The notes: generated from the sequence alone by a model not told the origin. DNA of 54,378 bases from an uncultured Oscillospiraceae bacterium (GCA_964541465.1 CAZIQO010000003.1:1-54378), one strand, 5' to 3'. Positions 9,673 to 18,953 are shown, counted from the stretch's first letter. Made by a program: numbers and translations.

Positions 9673-10551
9673 ATGAAACAGTTTTTTAAACTGCTGCGCG
9701 TCAAGCACTACAGCAAGAACATCCTCGTTCTGCTGCCGCTGATCTTCGGGCGGAGGCTGACCGACCTTTCGCTGCTGTGGAAAACGCTGCTCGGTACGGC
9801 GGCGTTCTGCCTGATCTCGTCGGCGGTGTATATCGTCAACGACATCCGGGATGCGGAGAAGGACCGGAAGCATCCGACCAAACGGAACCGGCCCATCGCG
9901 AGCGGCGCGGTCTCCGTTTCGGCCGCGCGTATCCTGATTGCCATACTGTGCGCCGGCGCGCTGGTGCTCAACGCGTTTGCGTGCGGCGTTTCGCCGCTGC
10001 CGTGGGCGCTGCTGATCGTCTATTTTCTGCTCAATCTTGGCTACAGCATGGGACTCAAGGATATCGCCATCGTGGATATCGCCATTTTGGTGTCCGGCTT
10101 CCTGCTGCGGCTCCTGTACGGCTCCGCGCTGACGGGCATCGAGATATCGGGCTGGCTGTATTTAACCGTCGTGACGATGTCGTTCTTCATGGGGCTTGGC
10201 AAGCGCAGAAACGAGCTGAGGGTGCAACAGTCCGGCGAGGCGCAGGGGGAGACGCGCGCGGTGCTGCATAAGTACAGCTTCGGTTTTCTGGATAAGAGCA
10301 TGTATATGTGCCTTGCGCTGGCGGTGGCGTTTTATTCGCTCTGGTGCGTGGACGCGCCGTCCGCCGGGCAGATCAGCGAAAACCGCCTGATCTGGACGGT
10401 CCCGCTCGTGATCCTGATCTGCTTAAAGTACAGCATGACCGTGGAGGGCCAGTCCGACGGCGACCCGGTGGAGGTGCTCTTCTGCGATAAGTGGCTGCTC
10501 GGACTGGTCGCGCTGCTCGGGTGCGCGATCCTCGGGATCATCTATTTATAA
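9673..10551 (+). CDS. UbiA-family prenyltransferase, decaprenyl-phosphate phosphoribosyltransferase-like
   Basis: MKQFFKLLRVKHYSKNILVLLPLIFG...YIVNDIRDAEKDRKHPTKRNRPIASG carries the UbiA NDxxD motif and resembles DPPR-synthase-type sequences. It has 8-9 TM segments. Confidence 0.85.
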   Translation: MKQFFKLLRVKHYSKNILVLLPLIFGRRLTDLSLLWKTLLGTAAFCLISSAVYIVNDIRDAEKDRKHPTKRNRPIASGAVSVSAARILIAILCAGALVLNAFACGVSPLPWALLIVYFLLNLGYSMGLKDIAIVDIAILVSGFLLRLLYGSALTGIEISGWLYLTVVTMSFFMGLGKRRNELRVQQSGEAQGETRAVLHKYSFGFLDKSMYMCLALAVAFYSLWCVDAPSAGQISENRLIWTVPLVILICLKYSMTVEGQSDGDPVEVLFCDKWLLGLVALLGCAILGIIYL

Positions 10552-10636
10552 CGAACGGCGCGGCTTGGCGGCGGGTCGCCGCCGTATGCCGGGCGGGGGG
10601 ACCCGGAATCCGCGCGCGGGAAAGGAAGGACTTTCC

Positions 10637-12310
10637 ATGCTGGAACGCAACGGAATACGAAAAACACGGCTGCTGCTTGGCGCGGCGCTGATCGTGCTGC
10701 TCATGGCGGCCGGCTGCGGAAAGGCGGCTGCGTTCGACCGCGACGCGGAGACGATCATGCTCACGGACCTGTCGCAGGCGGACGCGGAGACGCTCGCCTC
10801 CTGCGAAAATCTCAAAACGCTGGACCTTCGCAGCGTGGACGCGACCGCGGCGCTCGTGGACGAGCTGACCGATGCTCTGCCCGGCTGCGAGATCCTCTGG
10901 CGCGTGCCGATCGGCGGGGAAACGTTTGACAGCGTGTCGGCGGAGCTTTCGCTGCCGGCCGGCACGGCTGCTGCGGAGCTTTCGCTGCTGCGCTTTTTTC
11001 CGAACCTGACGCGCGTGGACGCGACGCGGTGCGATGTGGATGCGGAATTTGCCGCCTGCGCGGCCGCGTATCCGGACGTTATATTTACCTGGAACACGAC
11101 CATCGGAACCGTCGCGGCGAAGGGCGGCGACACCGAGCTCGATCTTTCGGGGCAGGACGTCGGGAGCGCGGAAACGCTCGCCGCGCTGCTCTTCGGCCTG
11201 CCTTCGCTTGAAGAGGTGAACCTGACCGGCACGGGCCTGAGCGCGGCGGAGATCGAGGCGCTGCAGGCGCGGTATCCGTCGGTCGCGTTTGTCTGCGACG
11301 TGGACGTGCTCGGCCTGTCCGTGCCGAACACATCGGAAACGCTGGATTTAACGCAGGCCCAGATCCCCGATATAGCGTCGCTGGAGAGCGCGTTGCGCCT
11401 GCTGCCGGAACTGAAGAGCGTCGATCTGAGCGGGCATGCGTTTTCATTCGAGGACATGGACGCGCTGCAGGCGGCGTTTCCCGATCTTTCGTTCAACTTT
11501 TCGTTCGAGGTGTTTTCCCAGCAGGTGACGACCGAAACGACCCGGCTCGACCTGCGCGGAAACAGCTTCTCCACGCCGGAGGAGGTGGCTAAGAAGCTGA
11601 TCTACCTGCCGAATCTGACCTATGCGGACCTGTGCGACTGCGGGCTGACCAACGAAGAGATGGAGACGCTCATGCAGCAGTTCCCGGACGTGAAGTTCGT
11701 TTGGACGATCACCGTCGGCGCGTGGGAAATGCGCACGGACATCACGGCGTTTTCCAAGGGGAACCGCCACGAGTTCCCGAACGATATGGGCCGGTTCGTC
11801 GGGGAGGGCTCCACCAACCTGCACGACGCGGATATCGAGCCGCTGAAATACTGCACGGACCTCGTCTATCTCGACCTCGGGCACGGCAACCGGATCACGG
11901 ACGTTTCGGCCCTGGCCGGATTACAAAAGCTCCGGGTGCTGATCGTTTCGATGAACAAGATCGAGGACATCACGCCGCTTGCGCAGCTGCAGGCGCTGGA
12001 ATGCCTGGAAATCTACCAGAACCCGATCACCGACATCTCCGTGGTGACGTCGCTCCCAAATCTGAAGTACCTCAACTGCAGCAGCATCCTTCTCGACGAC
12101 ATCACGCCGCTGCTCGGGCTGACGCAGCTGAAGATGCTGTGGTTCGTGCACAACAAAAACGTGACCGAAGCGCAGCGCGAGCAGCTTGAAAACACCCTGC
12201 CGGAGTGCGAAATCTGCTTCAGCGCGGAGAGCTCCGGCGAGGGCGGCTGGACGAAAAACGATCTCTACATCGAATACCAGACCGCATTCGGGCTGTCGTA
12301 CAACCAGTAA
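10637..12310 (+). CDS. Leucine-rich-repeat lipoprotein
   Basis: MLERNG...LLLGAALIVLLMAAGC has a lipobox. Repeated LxxLxLxxN/C units are present (LKTLDLRS, LEEVNLTGT, LKSVDLSG, LVYLDLGHGNRITDVSALAGLQKLRVLIVSMNKIEDITPL). Confidence 0.85.
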   Translation: MLERNGIRKTRLLLGAALIVLLMAAGCGKAAAFDRDAETIMLTDLSQADAETLASCENLKTLDLRSVDATAALVDELTDALPGCEILWRVPIGGETFDSVSAELSLPAGTAAAELSLLRFFPNLTRVDATRCDVDAEFAACAAAYPDVIFTWNTTIGTVAAKGGDTELDLSGQDVGSAETLAALLFGLPSLEEVNLTGTGLSAAEIEALQARYPSVAFVCDVDVLGLSVPNTSETLDLTQAQIPDIASLESALRLLPELKSVDLSGHAFSFEDMDALQAAFPDLSFNFSFEVFSQQVTTETTRLDLRGNSFSTPEEVAKKLIYLPNLTYADLCDCGLTNEEMETLMQQFPDVKFVWTITVGAWEMRTDITAFSKGNRHEFPNDMGRFVGEGSTNLHDADIEPLKYCTDLVYLDLGHGNRITDVSALAGLQKLRVLIVSMNKIEDITPLAQLQALECLEIYQNPITDISVVTSLPNLKYLNCSSILLDDITPLLGLTQLKMLWFVHNKNVTEAQREQLENTLPECEICFSAESSGEGGWTKNDLYIEYQTAFGLSYNQ

Positions 12311-12331
12311 CGGGCGGACCGCTTTTCCTGT

Positions 12332-12502
12332 CAAAAAAGTTCTTTTGCAGGGGTTTCACCCCTGCACCCCACCCAAGGGACACATCCCTTGGGAATCCCT
12401 GACCCCGCAAGCGCCCTATTTCAGGGCGCTTGTGGAAATGGATTCTTAGGGCCGTTACGGCCCTGAACGGTGGGAGACGCCTGCGCCCCTTTATCGACAA
12501 GC
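12332..12502 (+). repeat. Multi-hairpin intergenic repeat element, copy 2
   Basis: Full-length copy that begins 21 nt after the LRR gene stop. It ends with TTATCGACAAGC, as the other copies do. Confidence 0.9.
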
Positions 12503-12503
12503 G

Positions 12504-12536
12504 AAGCGATCCGGCGGATCATCCGCCGGATCGCTT
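12504..12536. terminator. Hairpin AAGCGATCCGGCGGAT-C-ATCCGCCGGATCGCTT
   Basis: 16-bp perfect inverted repeat between the convergent LRR gene (+) and lipid-kinase gene (-). It has no clean U-tract. Confidence 0.5.
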
Positions 12537-12754
12537 AAGATCGTCAAAAACGTTGCTTTTGACGGGGCAACTGCTCTTTGCCTCTCATCCTGCGGACTCC
12601 CGGGCGGCAAAGAGCATGAGGAAACCGCCCCTGCGGGGCGATCCGTTGTGTCGGCAAAGCCGACGCAACCGGAATCAATCGGCTAAAGGCTGCGGCCCTT
12701 AACGATTCCGGGGATTTTTTGACATGCGTGCAAATTTCCCGATGGCCGGCGCCA

Positions 12755-13660
12755 TTACGGCGTCTCCCGGTTGACGATGAGATTGACGGCGCACCGTTCG
12801 CTTTTGATTTCGATCCGGCCGTCCGTGCCTCCGCTTTCGTATTCTCCGTCCAGCGCCCAGTGCACTTCGTCGCTCATGTGAATCGTAAACTCGTCCGCCT
12901 GGAAAAAGTCGATCAGATCCGCGCCGTAATTGCCGCTGATGACCGAGTTGAGCGCCGTCTGCCACTGCACGAGGTTTTCCGGCTCGCGAATGAGCACCAT
13001 CTCGAACAGGCCGTCGTTCGTTTTCACCGTGTTTGGCGGAAACTTCAGAAGGCCGGGAAACGAGGTCACGTTGCTGACCGCACCGAAGAGGTAGTCGCCC
13101 TCGTGCGTCCCGTCCTTCGTCGTGATCCGGATCGGGATCGGCTTGATCTTCGGCAGGCTCATCATGCCGTCCAGAACGTAGGCGGAATAACCGATGGTGT
13201 TCTTCAGATTCTGGGACGTCGTATAAGCCAGCCAGGAAAACGCCCCGACCGCCGCGACAAACGTGAAGCACCGGGAATTGAACCGCCCGGTGTCGATGCG
13301 TTTCACATAACCGGTCGCAATGTCCTTCGCCGCCGTCAGGATGTTCATGGAGATCCCGTGCGAGGAGGCGAACACGTTCGTGCTGCCCGCGGGGATATAG
13401 CCGAGCGAAACCGGCGCGCCGCTTTTGACGATGCCGGATGCCGTTTCGCTGAGCGTGCCGTCCCCGCCGGTGCAGACCACGATGTCGAAATCGCGGCCGT
13501 AGCGTTCGACGAACGCCGTCGCGTCGCGCGGTTTCTGCGTGACGAACGTGGTCACGATACAGCCGTAATCCATGAAGATGCGGATGATCTCGGCAATATG
13601 CCGCAGCACCTGCCGCCGGCCCGCCACCGGGTTGATAATGAGCATCAGACGTCGAGTCAT
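12755..13660 (-). CDS. Diacylglycerol-kinase-family lipid kinase (YegS/DagK-like)
   Basis: MTRRLMLIINPVAGRRQ...VVCTGGDGTLSE...GYIPAGSTNVFA. I chose the start at 13660 (RBS GGAA, 6-nt spacer) over the upstream in-frame starts. Confidence 0.85.
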   Translation of the reverse strand: MTRRLMLIINPVAGRRQVLRHIAEIIRIFMDYGCIVTTFVTQKPRDATAFVERYGRDFDIVVCTGGDGTLSETASGIVKSGAPVSLGYIPAGSTNVFASSHGISMNILTAAKDIATGYVKRIDTGRFNSRCFTFVAAVGAFSWLAYTTSQNLKNTIGYSAYVLDGMMSLPKIKPIPIRITTKDGTHEGDYLFGAVSNVTSFPGLLKFPPNTVKTNDGLFEMVLIREPENLVQWQTALNSVISGNYGADLIDFFQADEFTIHMSDEVHWALDGEYESGGTDGRIEIKSERCAVNLIVNRETP

Positions 13661-13816
13661 CGGAATTTCCTGCGTCGCCATACGAAGATACACCCCAATA
13701 CAGTATCGCCGGCCCGCCGCTGCGCGTACGGGCGGAAGATAGAACGATGTTTGGCAAATATTGTCTGTATTATACCACGAACGCTTCTGTAAAAGAATAT
13801 CGTCCGCGCCGCCGTA

Positions 13817-15001
13817 TTACGGCTTCAGCGCGTCGTACGCCGCCTTGAGCCGCCGCATCGCGCATTCGAGCGTCGGCCGCGGGCAGGCGATATTGATGCG
13901 CTGGAAGCCCTCGCCGCCCGCGCCGAACATGGGCCCCGCGTCCAGCCAGAGCTTTGCGCCGTGCAGAATCCAATCGTCGAGCGCACGGTCCGTCATCCCC
14001 AGCGCGCGGCAGTCCAGCCAAAGAAGATATGTGCCATCCGGTTCGATCAGGCGGATCTTTGGCGTTTCCCGCGCGAGGAACTCTCTTATGAAACGGAGGT
14101 TCTCCGTGAGGTAGCGCTTCAGTTCGTCCAGCCACGCCGCGCCGTGCGTGTATGCGGCCCGGCAGGCGGCCAGGCCCATCAGGTTCGGCAGGCTGTAGCC
14201 CGTGCGGTTGATTTCCTCATGGAATTTCCCGCGGAGGTCTGCGTCGGGGATCAGGATGTTTGAAATCTGCAGTCCGGCGAGGTTGAACGTTTTGGACGGG
14301 GCCGTGCAGGTGACGCTCAGCGCGGCGAACGCCGGCTTCACGTTTGCGAACACGCGGTGCCGGTGGCCGGGAAATACGAAATCCCCATGGATCTCGTCGG
14401 AGACGACAAGTACGCCGTGCTTTACGCACAGATCGCCCATGGCGGCAAGCTCGTCCTCCGTCCATACCCGGCCGACCGGGTTGTGCGGGCTGCAGAGGAT
14501 GAACAGCTTCACTTGGTTCTGAACGATTTTACGCTCGAAATCCACGAGGTCGACGCCGTATCTGCCGTCGGCGAGAACGAGCTCGTTTTCGATCGGCCTG
14601 CGCCGGTTGATCCGGATCGACCTTGCGAACGGGTAGTAGACGGGCGGCTGAATCAGCACGGCGTCGTCCTCGCTTGTGAGCGCGCGGATCGCGGTGCTGA
14701 CGGCGAAAACCACGCCGGGCGTCTTGATCAGCCAGTCCGGCGAGATCGTCCAGCCGAAGCGGGTTTGATACCACGCGGCCAGCGCGGTAAAGTAGTCCGC
14801 ATTCGCCGCGTCGCTGTAGCCGAAGACACCGGCAGCGCTTCGTTCGGCAAGCGCGGAGAGCACCTCGGGCGGGGAGCGGAAGTCCATGTCCGCCACCCAG
14901 AGGGGCAGAACGTCGTCCGGCTTCCCCAGCTTTGCGGCAAAGTCGTATTTGAGCGAGTCCGTGCCGCGGCGGTCGACGAGCGTGTCGAATGAATCAGGCA
15001 T
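13817..15001 (-). CDS. PatB/MalY-type PLP-dependent C-S lyase (aminotransferase class I/II)
   Basis: MPDSFDTLVDRRGTDSLKYD...LPLWVADMDF...CSPHNPVGRVW...SKTFNLAGL. RBS is GGAGGA. Start is at 15001. Confidence 0.88.
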   Translation of the reverse strand: MPDSFDTLVDRRGTDSLKYDFAAKLGKPDDVLPLWVADMDFRSPPEVLSALAERSAAGVFGYSDAANADYFTALAAWYQTRFGWTISPDWLIKTPGVVFAVSTAIRALTSEDDAVLIQPPVYYPFARSIRINRRRPIENELVLADGRYGVDLVDFERKIVQNQVKLFILCSPHNPVGRVWTEDELAAMGDLCVKHGVLVVSDEIHGDFVFPGHRHRVFANVKPAFAALSVTCTAPSKTFNLAGLQISNILIPDADLRGKFHEEINRTGYSLPNLMGLAACRAAYTHGAAWLDELKRYLTENLRFIREFLARETPKIRLIEPDGTYLLWLDCRALGMTDRALDDWILHGAKLWLDAGPMFGAGGEGFQRINIACPRPTLECAMRRLKAAYDALKP

Positions 15002-15264
15002 GGTGTGTATCCTCCAATGAATGTGCTGCGCGGGCGGGCGGGCCGTCCGTGAATTCTGACCCTGCACAGAACCGCTGCGGGCGATCCGCAGTCAGTTCGG
15101 GAGGGATCGTTCCGCAAATCGCATGCGGAATAAATCTTATTTTATCATACCGCGGCCCTTGTGCCTACCGGAAAAGCCGAAACGGGGGAAGGGGCGCCCA
15201 TCCGCCGGAACCGTGGAACGACGGCGGAAGCCGCCCGGGGCCGATTCTGCCCGCCGAAGGTCAG

Positions 15265-15294
15265 AAAAAGAGCCGCCCTCCGAGAAAGCGGCTC
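15265..15294 (-). terminator. Rho-independent terminator after the ECF ATPase genes
   Basis: On the minus strand: GAGCCGC-loop-GCGGCTC followed by TTTTT. It lies 20 nt after the ecfA stop. Confidence 0.7.
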
Positions 15295-15313
15295 CCATTT
15301 TTCTGCGCAGAGG

Positions 15314-16150
15314 CTATCTTGCCTTTTGCCGGATCAACTCGTCGCCCAGCTCCTTCACGCTCAGCATGGTGCCGGGCAGGGGAATGACGTCCTCCAGCAT
15401 GGTGCCGAACTGGGTGATCTGCGGCGGACGGATATTGGTGGTGGCCAGCTTTTCGGCATGCCGGAACACGTCGTGCGAAGGACCGTCCATCAGCACGTGC
15501 TTGCGGGCCATGACGATGGTGCGTTCGGAGAACTCGGTCACCAGCGGCATATGATGGGTCACGAATATCACGGTGTGCCCTTCGGCGTTGAGCCGTTTTG
15601 CAATCTCCATGATCTGGTAGCAGCCCTTGTAGTCCTGTCCGCTCGTGGGCTCGTCGAGTATGATGATGCCGGCGTTCATCACGATCACGGAGGCGACGAC
15701 GACCTTGGCGCGGTCGCCCTTGCTCAGCGCAGGGGGGAATTCCTCCACCTTGTCGGCAAGGTCGACGGATTCCAGCGTTTCCATGACGCGCCGCTTGATC
15801 TCGTCCGCCGGCACCTTGGCGTTCTGCAGGCCGAACGCCACCTCTTCGAACACCGTGTTGGCAAACAGCTGCCGGTCGGGGTTTTGCAGCACGAAGCCGA
15901 CTTCCCGGGAGATGGCGGCCACGCTCATCTCCCGGGTGTTTTTGCCGTTGAGATAGATGTTGCCCTCGGTGGGGGTCAGAAGGCCCGTAACGTTTTTGAG
16001 CAGCGTGGATTTGCCCGCGCCGTTCTGACCGATGATGGCCACAAACTCCTGCTCGCGGATTTCGATGCTCACGTGCTCGAGCGCCGTCGATCCCGTGGGA
16101 TAGGTATAGCCGACGTCGTCGATTTTCAGAACCACTTCCGGATTCGTCAT
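15314..16150 (-). CDS. ecfA: ECF transporter ATPase subunit (EcfA-type ABC ATPase)
   Basis: MTNPEVVLKIDDVGYTY...GQNGAGKSTLL (Walker A), LSKGDRAKV (signature-like), IIILDEPTSGQD (Walker B). Its start overlaps the upstream ATPase stop (ATGA). Confidence 0.88.
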   Translation of the reverse strand: MTNPEVVLKIDDVGYTYPTGSTALEHVSIEIREQEFVAIIGQNGAGKSTLLKNVTGLLTPTEGNIYLNGKNTREMSVAAISREVGFVLQNPDRQLFANTVFEEVAFGLQNAKVPADEIKRRVMETLESVDLADKVEEFPPALSKGDRAKVVVASVIVMNAGIIILDEPTSGQDYKGCYQIMEIAKRLNAEGHTVIFVTHHMPLVTEFSERTIVMARKHVLMDGPSHDVFRHAEKLATTNIRPPQITQFGTMLEDVIPLPGTMLSVKELGDELIRQKAR

Positions 16151-17013
16151 ACGCGGTCCTCCCTGGCGTACCAGCCGGTGATTGCGTTGTAGGCATCCTG
16201 CATCAGGATCGGTTTGCTGCCGATTTCGTATCCGCGCTCGCGCAGGTAACTGGTCAGTTCCGACACCTGCGGCGGGCGGATATTGCACTCCTGCATCAGG
16301 TTTGCGTTGTTGAATATCGCATGCGGCTCGTCGAAGGCGACGACATGGCCGTCCTTGAGCACCAGCACCTTATCGGCAAACTCCGCGATCTCCTCGCTCT
16401 TGTGGGTTGCAATGACGATGGTCATTTTTTCCGTTTCGCGCAGCTCGCGGATCACCTCGAATACGTCGCGCGTGCCGACGGGGTCCAACTGCGAGGTCGG
16501 CTCGTCCAGCACGAGGACCGCGGGGGTCATCGCCAGGTTGGTGGCGATGGCGAGGCGCTGCTTCTGTCCGCCGGACAGCGCCGTGGGCGCCTGGTCGATG
16601 AATTCGGAAAGACCTACGATACCCAGCGCCCAGTCGACGCGGCGCAGGATCTCATCCGCCGGAATACACAGGTTCTCCGCGCCGAAAGCGACCTCGTTGC
16701 GTACGGACGTGGTGAACAGCTGCGATTCGGGGTCGTCCAGCACCATGCCGACCTTGTCGGCCAGGTCGGTGGTTTTGCAGGCCTGCGTATCGAAGCCGAG
16801 GACCTCCACCCTGCCCTTGAGCACGCCTTCGTGATAATTGGGGACGGTGCCGTTGATGCACTGACACAGCGTGGTCTTGCCGGCTCCGTTTTCGCCCATT
16901 ACCGCGATGAACTCGCCCCTGCCGATCTCCACATTGATCTTGGCAAGCGCCCATCGCTTGGCGCGCGGGTAGTGATAGGATACGTTTTCCAGTTTGATGA
17001 CGGTTTCGGACAT
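16147..17013 (-). CDS. ecfA: ECF transporter ATPase subunit (EcfA-type ABC ATPase)
   Basis: GENGAGKTTL, LSGGQKQRLAIA, VLVLDEPTSQLD. RBS is AAGGAGG. Confidence 0.9.
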   Translation of the reverse strand: MSETVIKLENVSYHYPRAKRWALAKINVEIGRGEFIAVMGENGAGKTTLCQCINGTVPNYHEGVLKGRVEVLGFDTQACKTTDLADKVGMVLDDPESQLFTTSVRNEVAFGAENLCIPADEILRRVDWALGIVGLSEFIDQAPTALSGGQKQRLAIATNLAMTPAVLVLDEPTSQLDPVGTRDVFEVIRELRETEKMTIVIATHKSEEIAEFADKVLVLKDGHVVAFDEPHAIFNNANLMQECNIRPPQVSELTSYLRERGYEIGSKPILMQDAYNAITGWYAREDRV

Positions 17014-17026
17014 ATCGCGCGCCTCC

Positions 17027-17863
17027 TTATTGAAAGATCATATTTACAATGGATTTCGGGAAAAAATCGTTGCCGACGATCAGAAGGGCGCCGAGAAGGA
17101 GCGCCGCAAAGAGATACAGCCAGTCGGTTTTTTTCATGTGGATCGTTTCGATATAGGTGCGCTTTTTTGAACAGCCGAACGCGCGGGTGTCCATTGCCAC
17201 GCCCATCTGCTGCGCGCGGCGCATGGCGCCGATGATCATGGGCACCACGAGCGCGGGGTAGGACTTGAACTTCTCCCACTTCTTTCCCTCTTCGAAAACG
17301 GTCATGCCGCGGAGCTTCTGCGCGTCCATGATCGTGCGGATCTCCTCCTGAAACGTGGGGATGATATTCAGCGAGGTGGTGGTCATATATGCGATTTTGT
17401 AGGGAAGGCCGAGACGCACCATGCCCATCGACATCTGGCTGACGGTGGTGGTCTTGATGACCATGGGCATGAGTATGATCAGGGCCAGGAACCGGATGGT
17501 CAGAAGGATGCCGAACTCCAGGCCCTCCCATTTGAGGCCGTAATTGCTGAGGATGCCGACGTTTTCGGGGATCTGCAGTCCGAACATGAAATGCGCCGTG
17601 GAGTTATCTCCGTAAAAAAACAACTGGAGCACGATGATCAGCGCCATGATGCTGAGCACGACTTTCGCAAAGCTCCACCAGGACTTCCAGGAAAGCTGCG
17701 CGCAGCTCCAAAGGATGCTGAACGCGCCTAGCATCGCGATCACCACAAAAATGCTCTTGACCATGAACACGACGACGGACAGATACAAAAGCGCGATGAT
17801 TTTAACACGCGGATCCATCGTGTGCAGATAGGACGTTCCCGGCTGATAATCGACAAGGCCCAT
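17027..17863 (-). CDS. ecfT: ECF transporter transmembrane (T) component, CbiQ/EcfT family
   Basis: 278-aa multi-TM protein. The ...MDAQKLRGM... and AMRRAQQMGVAMDTRAF motifs are typical of EcfT. RBS is GGGAGG. Confidence 0.88.
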   Translation of the reverse strand: MGLVDYQPGTSYLHTMDPRVKIIALLYLSVVVFMVKSIFVVIAMLGAFSILWSCAQLSWKSWWSFAKVVLSIMALIIVLQLFFYGDNSTAHFMFGLQIPENVGILSNYGLKWEGLEFGILLTIRFLALIILMPMVIKTTTVSQMSMGMVRLGLPYKIAYMTTTSLNIIPTFQEEIRTIMDAQKLRGMTVFEEGKKWEKFKSYPALVVPMIIGAMRRAQQMGVAMDTRAFGCSKKRTYIETIHMKKTDWLYLFAALLLGALLIVGNDFFPKSIVNMIFQ

Positions 17864-17926
17864 AAGCTACCTCCCGTATATTTATTCAGGCAACCAGGAT
17901 GCGGTCCCTATGGGGTATGCGGACAT

Positions 17927-17955
17927 GTTTACGCCAGTATACCGAAAAAAAACGG
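17927..17955 (-). promoter_or_regulatory. Putative promoter of the ecfT-A-A operon (TTTACA-17-TATACT)
   Basis: The reverse complement of 17950-17955 is TTTACA and of 17927-17932 is TATACT, with a 17-nt spacer. It lies about 65 nt upstream of the ecfT start. Confidence 0.5.
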
Positions 17956-18021
17956 CTTTGTAAACCACACTGCCCGGGAATGAGAATATGTGCATATTCG
18001 ATGGATATAGGCCGCTGCCGA

Positions 18022-18049
18022 TTGACAGACAGGCGAAATTCGATATAAT
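18022..18049 (+). promoter_or_regulatory. Putative promoter of the S-component-like gene (TTGACA-16-TATAAT)
   Basis: Consensus hexamers at 18022-18027 and 18044-18049. It is divergent from the ecfT promoter. Confidence 0.55.
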
Positions 18050-18100
18050 CTCGATATCATAGATGAATCCTGTCCTTCTTTTTTTGTTTTTCGCCTCCGA

Positions 18101-18140
18101 TGGTCTTTGCAAGAGAAAATGGTGGTCTTTGCAAGAGAAA
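18101..18140 (+). repeat. Tandem direct repeat 2 x TGGTCTTTGCAAGAGAAA (22-nt period) in the 5' leader
   Basis: Identical 18-mers at 18101-18118 and 18123-18140, between the putative promoter and ATG 18187. Each contains the palindromic core TTGCAA. Confidence 0.85.
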
Positions 18141-18186
18141 CGGTTTCTTGTGGGGATATAGAAATTCGATATGGGAGGTTTATCAA

Positions 18187-18936
18187 ATGGCAAGAGGTAA
18201 AAAAACATTTGGGAAGTTCCATCCGGCGGTGATTGCCGTATACGCCGCTATTCTGGCGGCGTCCGCGCTGCTGCCCAGCATTCCGCTGGTAGCGACCGGC
18301 GGCTCGTTCTCCGTCAGCACGGCGCTGGTACCCCTGGCGGGTATCTTCTTCGGACCCGTTGCAGGCGCTCTGTGCGCCGCGATCGGCGGCTTTATCGGCC
18401 AGCTGATCGCGCCCGCCACGGCGGTCATCGGCGTCGCGACGTTCGTCTCGGCCGTGGTCGCCGCGTTTGTGGCCGGCCTGCTGTGCGAGCAGAAGAAATG
18501 GGGTCCGCTGTCCGCCATCGGCGTCGGTCTGATCTTCATCGTGCTCTGGTTTACCCATCCCGTCGGCCGTGAGTCCTGGCTGTTTGCCAGCGTATTCTTC
18601 GGTTCCGGCATTCTGGCCTGCATCATCGGCCTGTTCCTGTGCAACAAGTGGCTCAAGAAGAGCAACTTCGCGCTGAAAGCCATCGCCGTTTTTCTTGCCT
18701 GCTACGCCGGCATGGTGTTCTCGGCCGCATTTGTCGACTATGTCTGCCTGTTCCTCTACGGCCTGACCTCCGAGGTCTGGAGCGTGCTGATCTTCGTCTC
18801 TCCGCTGGAGCGCGCGATCTTCTCTGCAGGCTCGCTGATCGTCGGCACGCCGCTGCTGATCGGACTGCCCAAGATCGGCGTCTTCATCGGCCCGCGCGAC
18901 GATACGCTGGAAACCGAACTCAAGGAAGAGGAGTAA
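18187..18936 (+). CDS. Integral membrane protein, probable ECF substrate-capture (S) component
   Basis: 249 aa with about 6-7 TM segments. It is divergent from ecfTAA. RBS is GGGAGG. The assignment rests on context and topology only. Confidence 0.6.
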   Translation: MARGKKTFGKFHPAVIAVYAAILAASALLPSIPLVATGGSFSVSTALVPLAGIFFGPVAGALCAAIGGFIGQLIAPATAVIGVATFVSAVVAAFVAGLLCEQKKWGPLSAIGVGLIFIVLWFTHPVGRESWLFASVFFGSGILACIIGLFLCNKWLKKSNFALKAIAVFLACYAGMVFSAAFVDYVCLFLYGLTSEVWSVLIFVSPLERAIFSAGSLIVGTPLLIGLPKIGVFIGPRDDTLETELKEEE

Positions 18937-18953
18937 CCCAAAACCGGAATCCC

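Noticed and set aside
12537-12754. Hairpin-dense spacer (GTCAAAA..TTTTGAC, CTCTTTGCC..GGCAAAGAG, CGCCCC-TGC-GGGGCG, GTCGGC-AAA-GCCGAC) considered as a second repeat family or ncRNA
   Set aside because: Only a 13-nt core (ATCCGCCGGATCG) is shared, and only with another hairpin at 33278-33302. One instance gives too little for a family call, and these may simply be stacked terminators between convergent genes.
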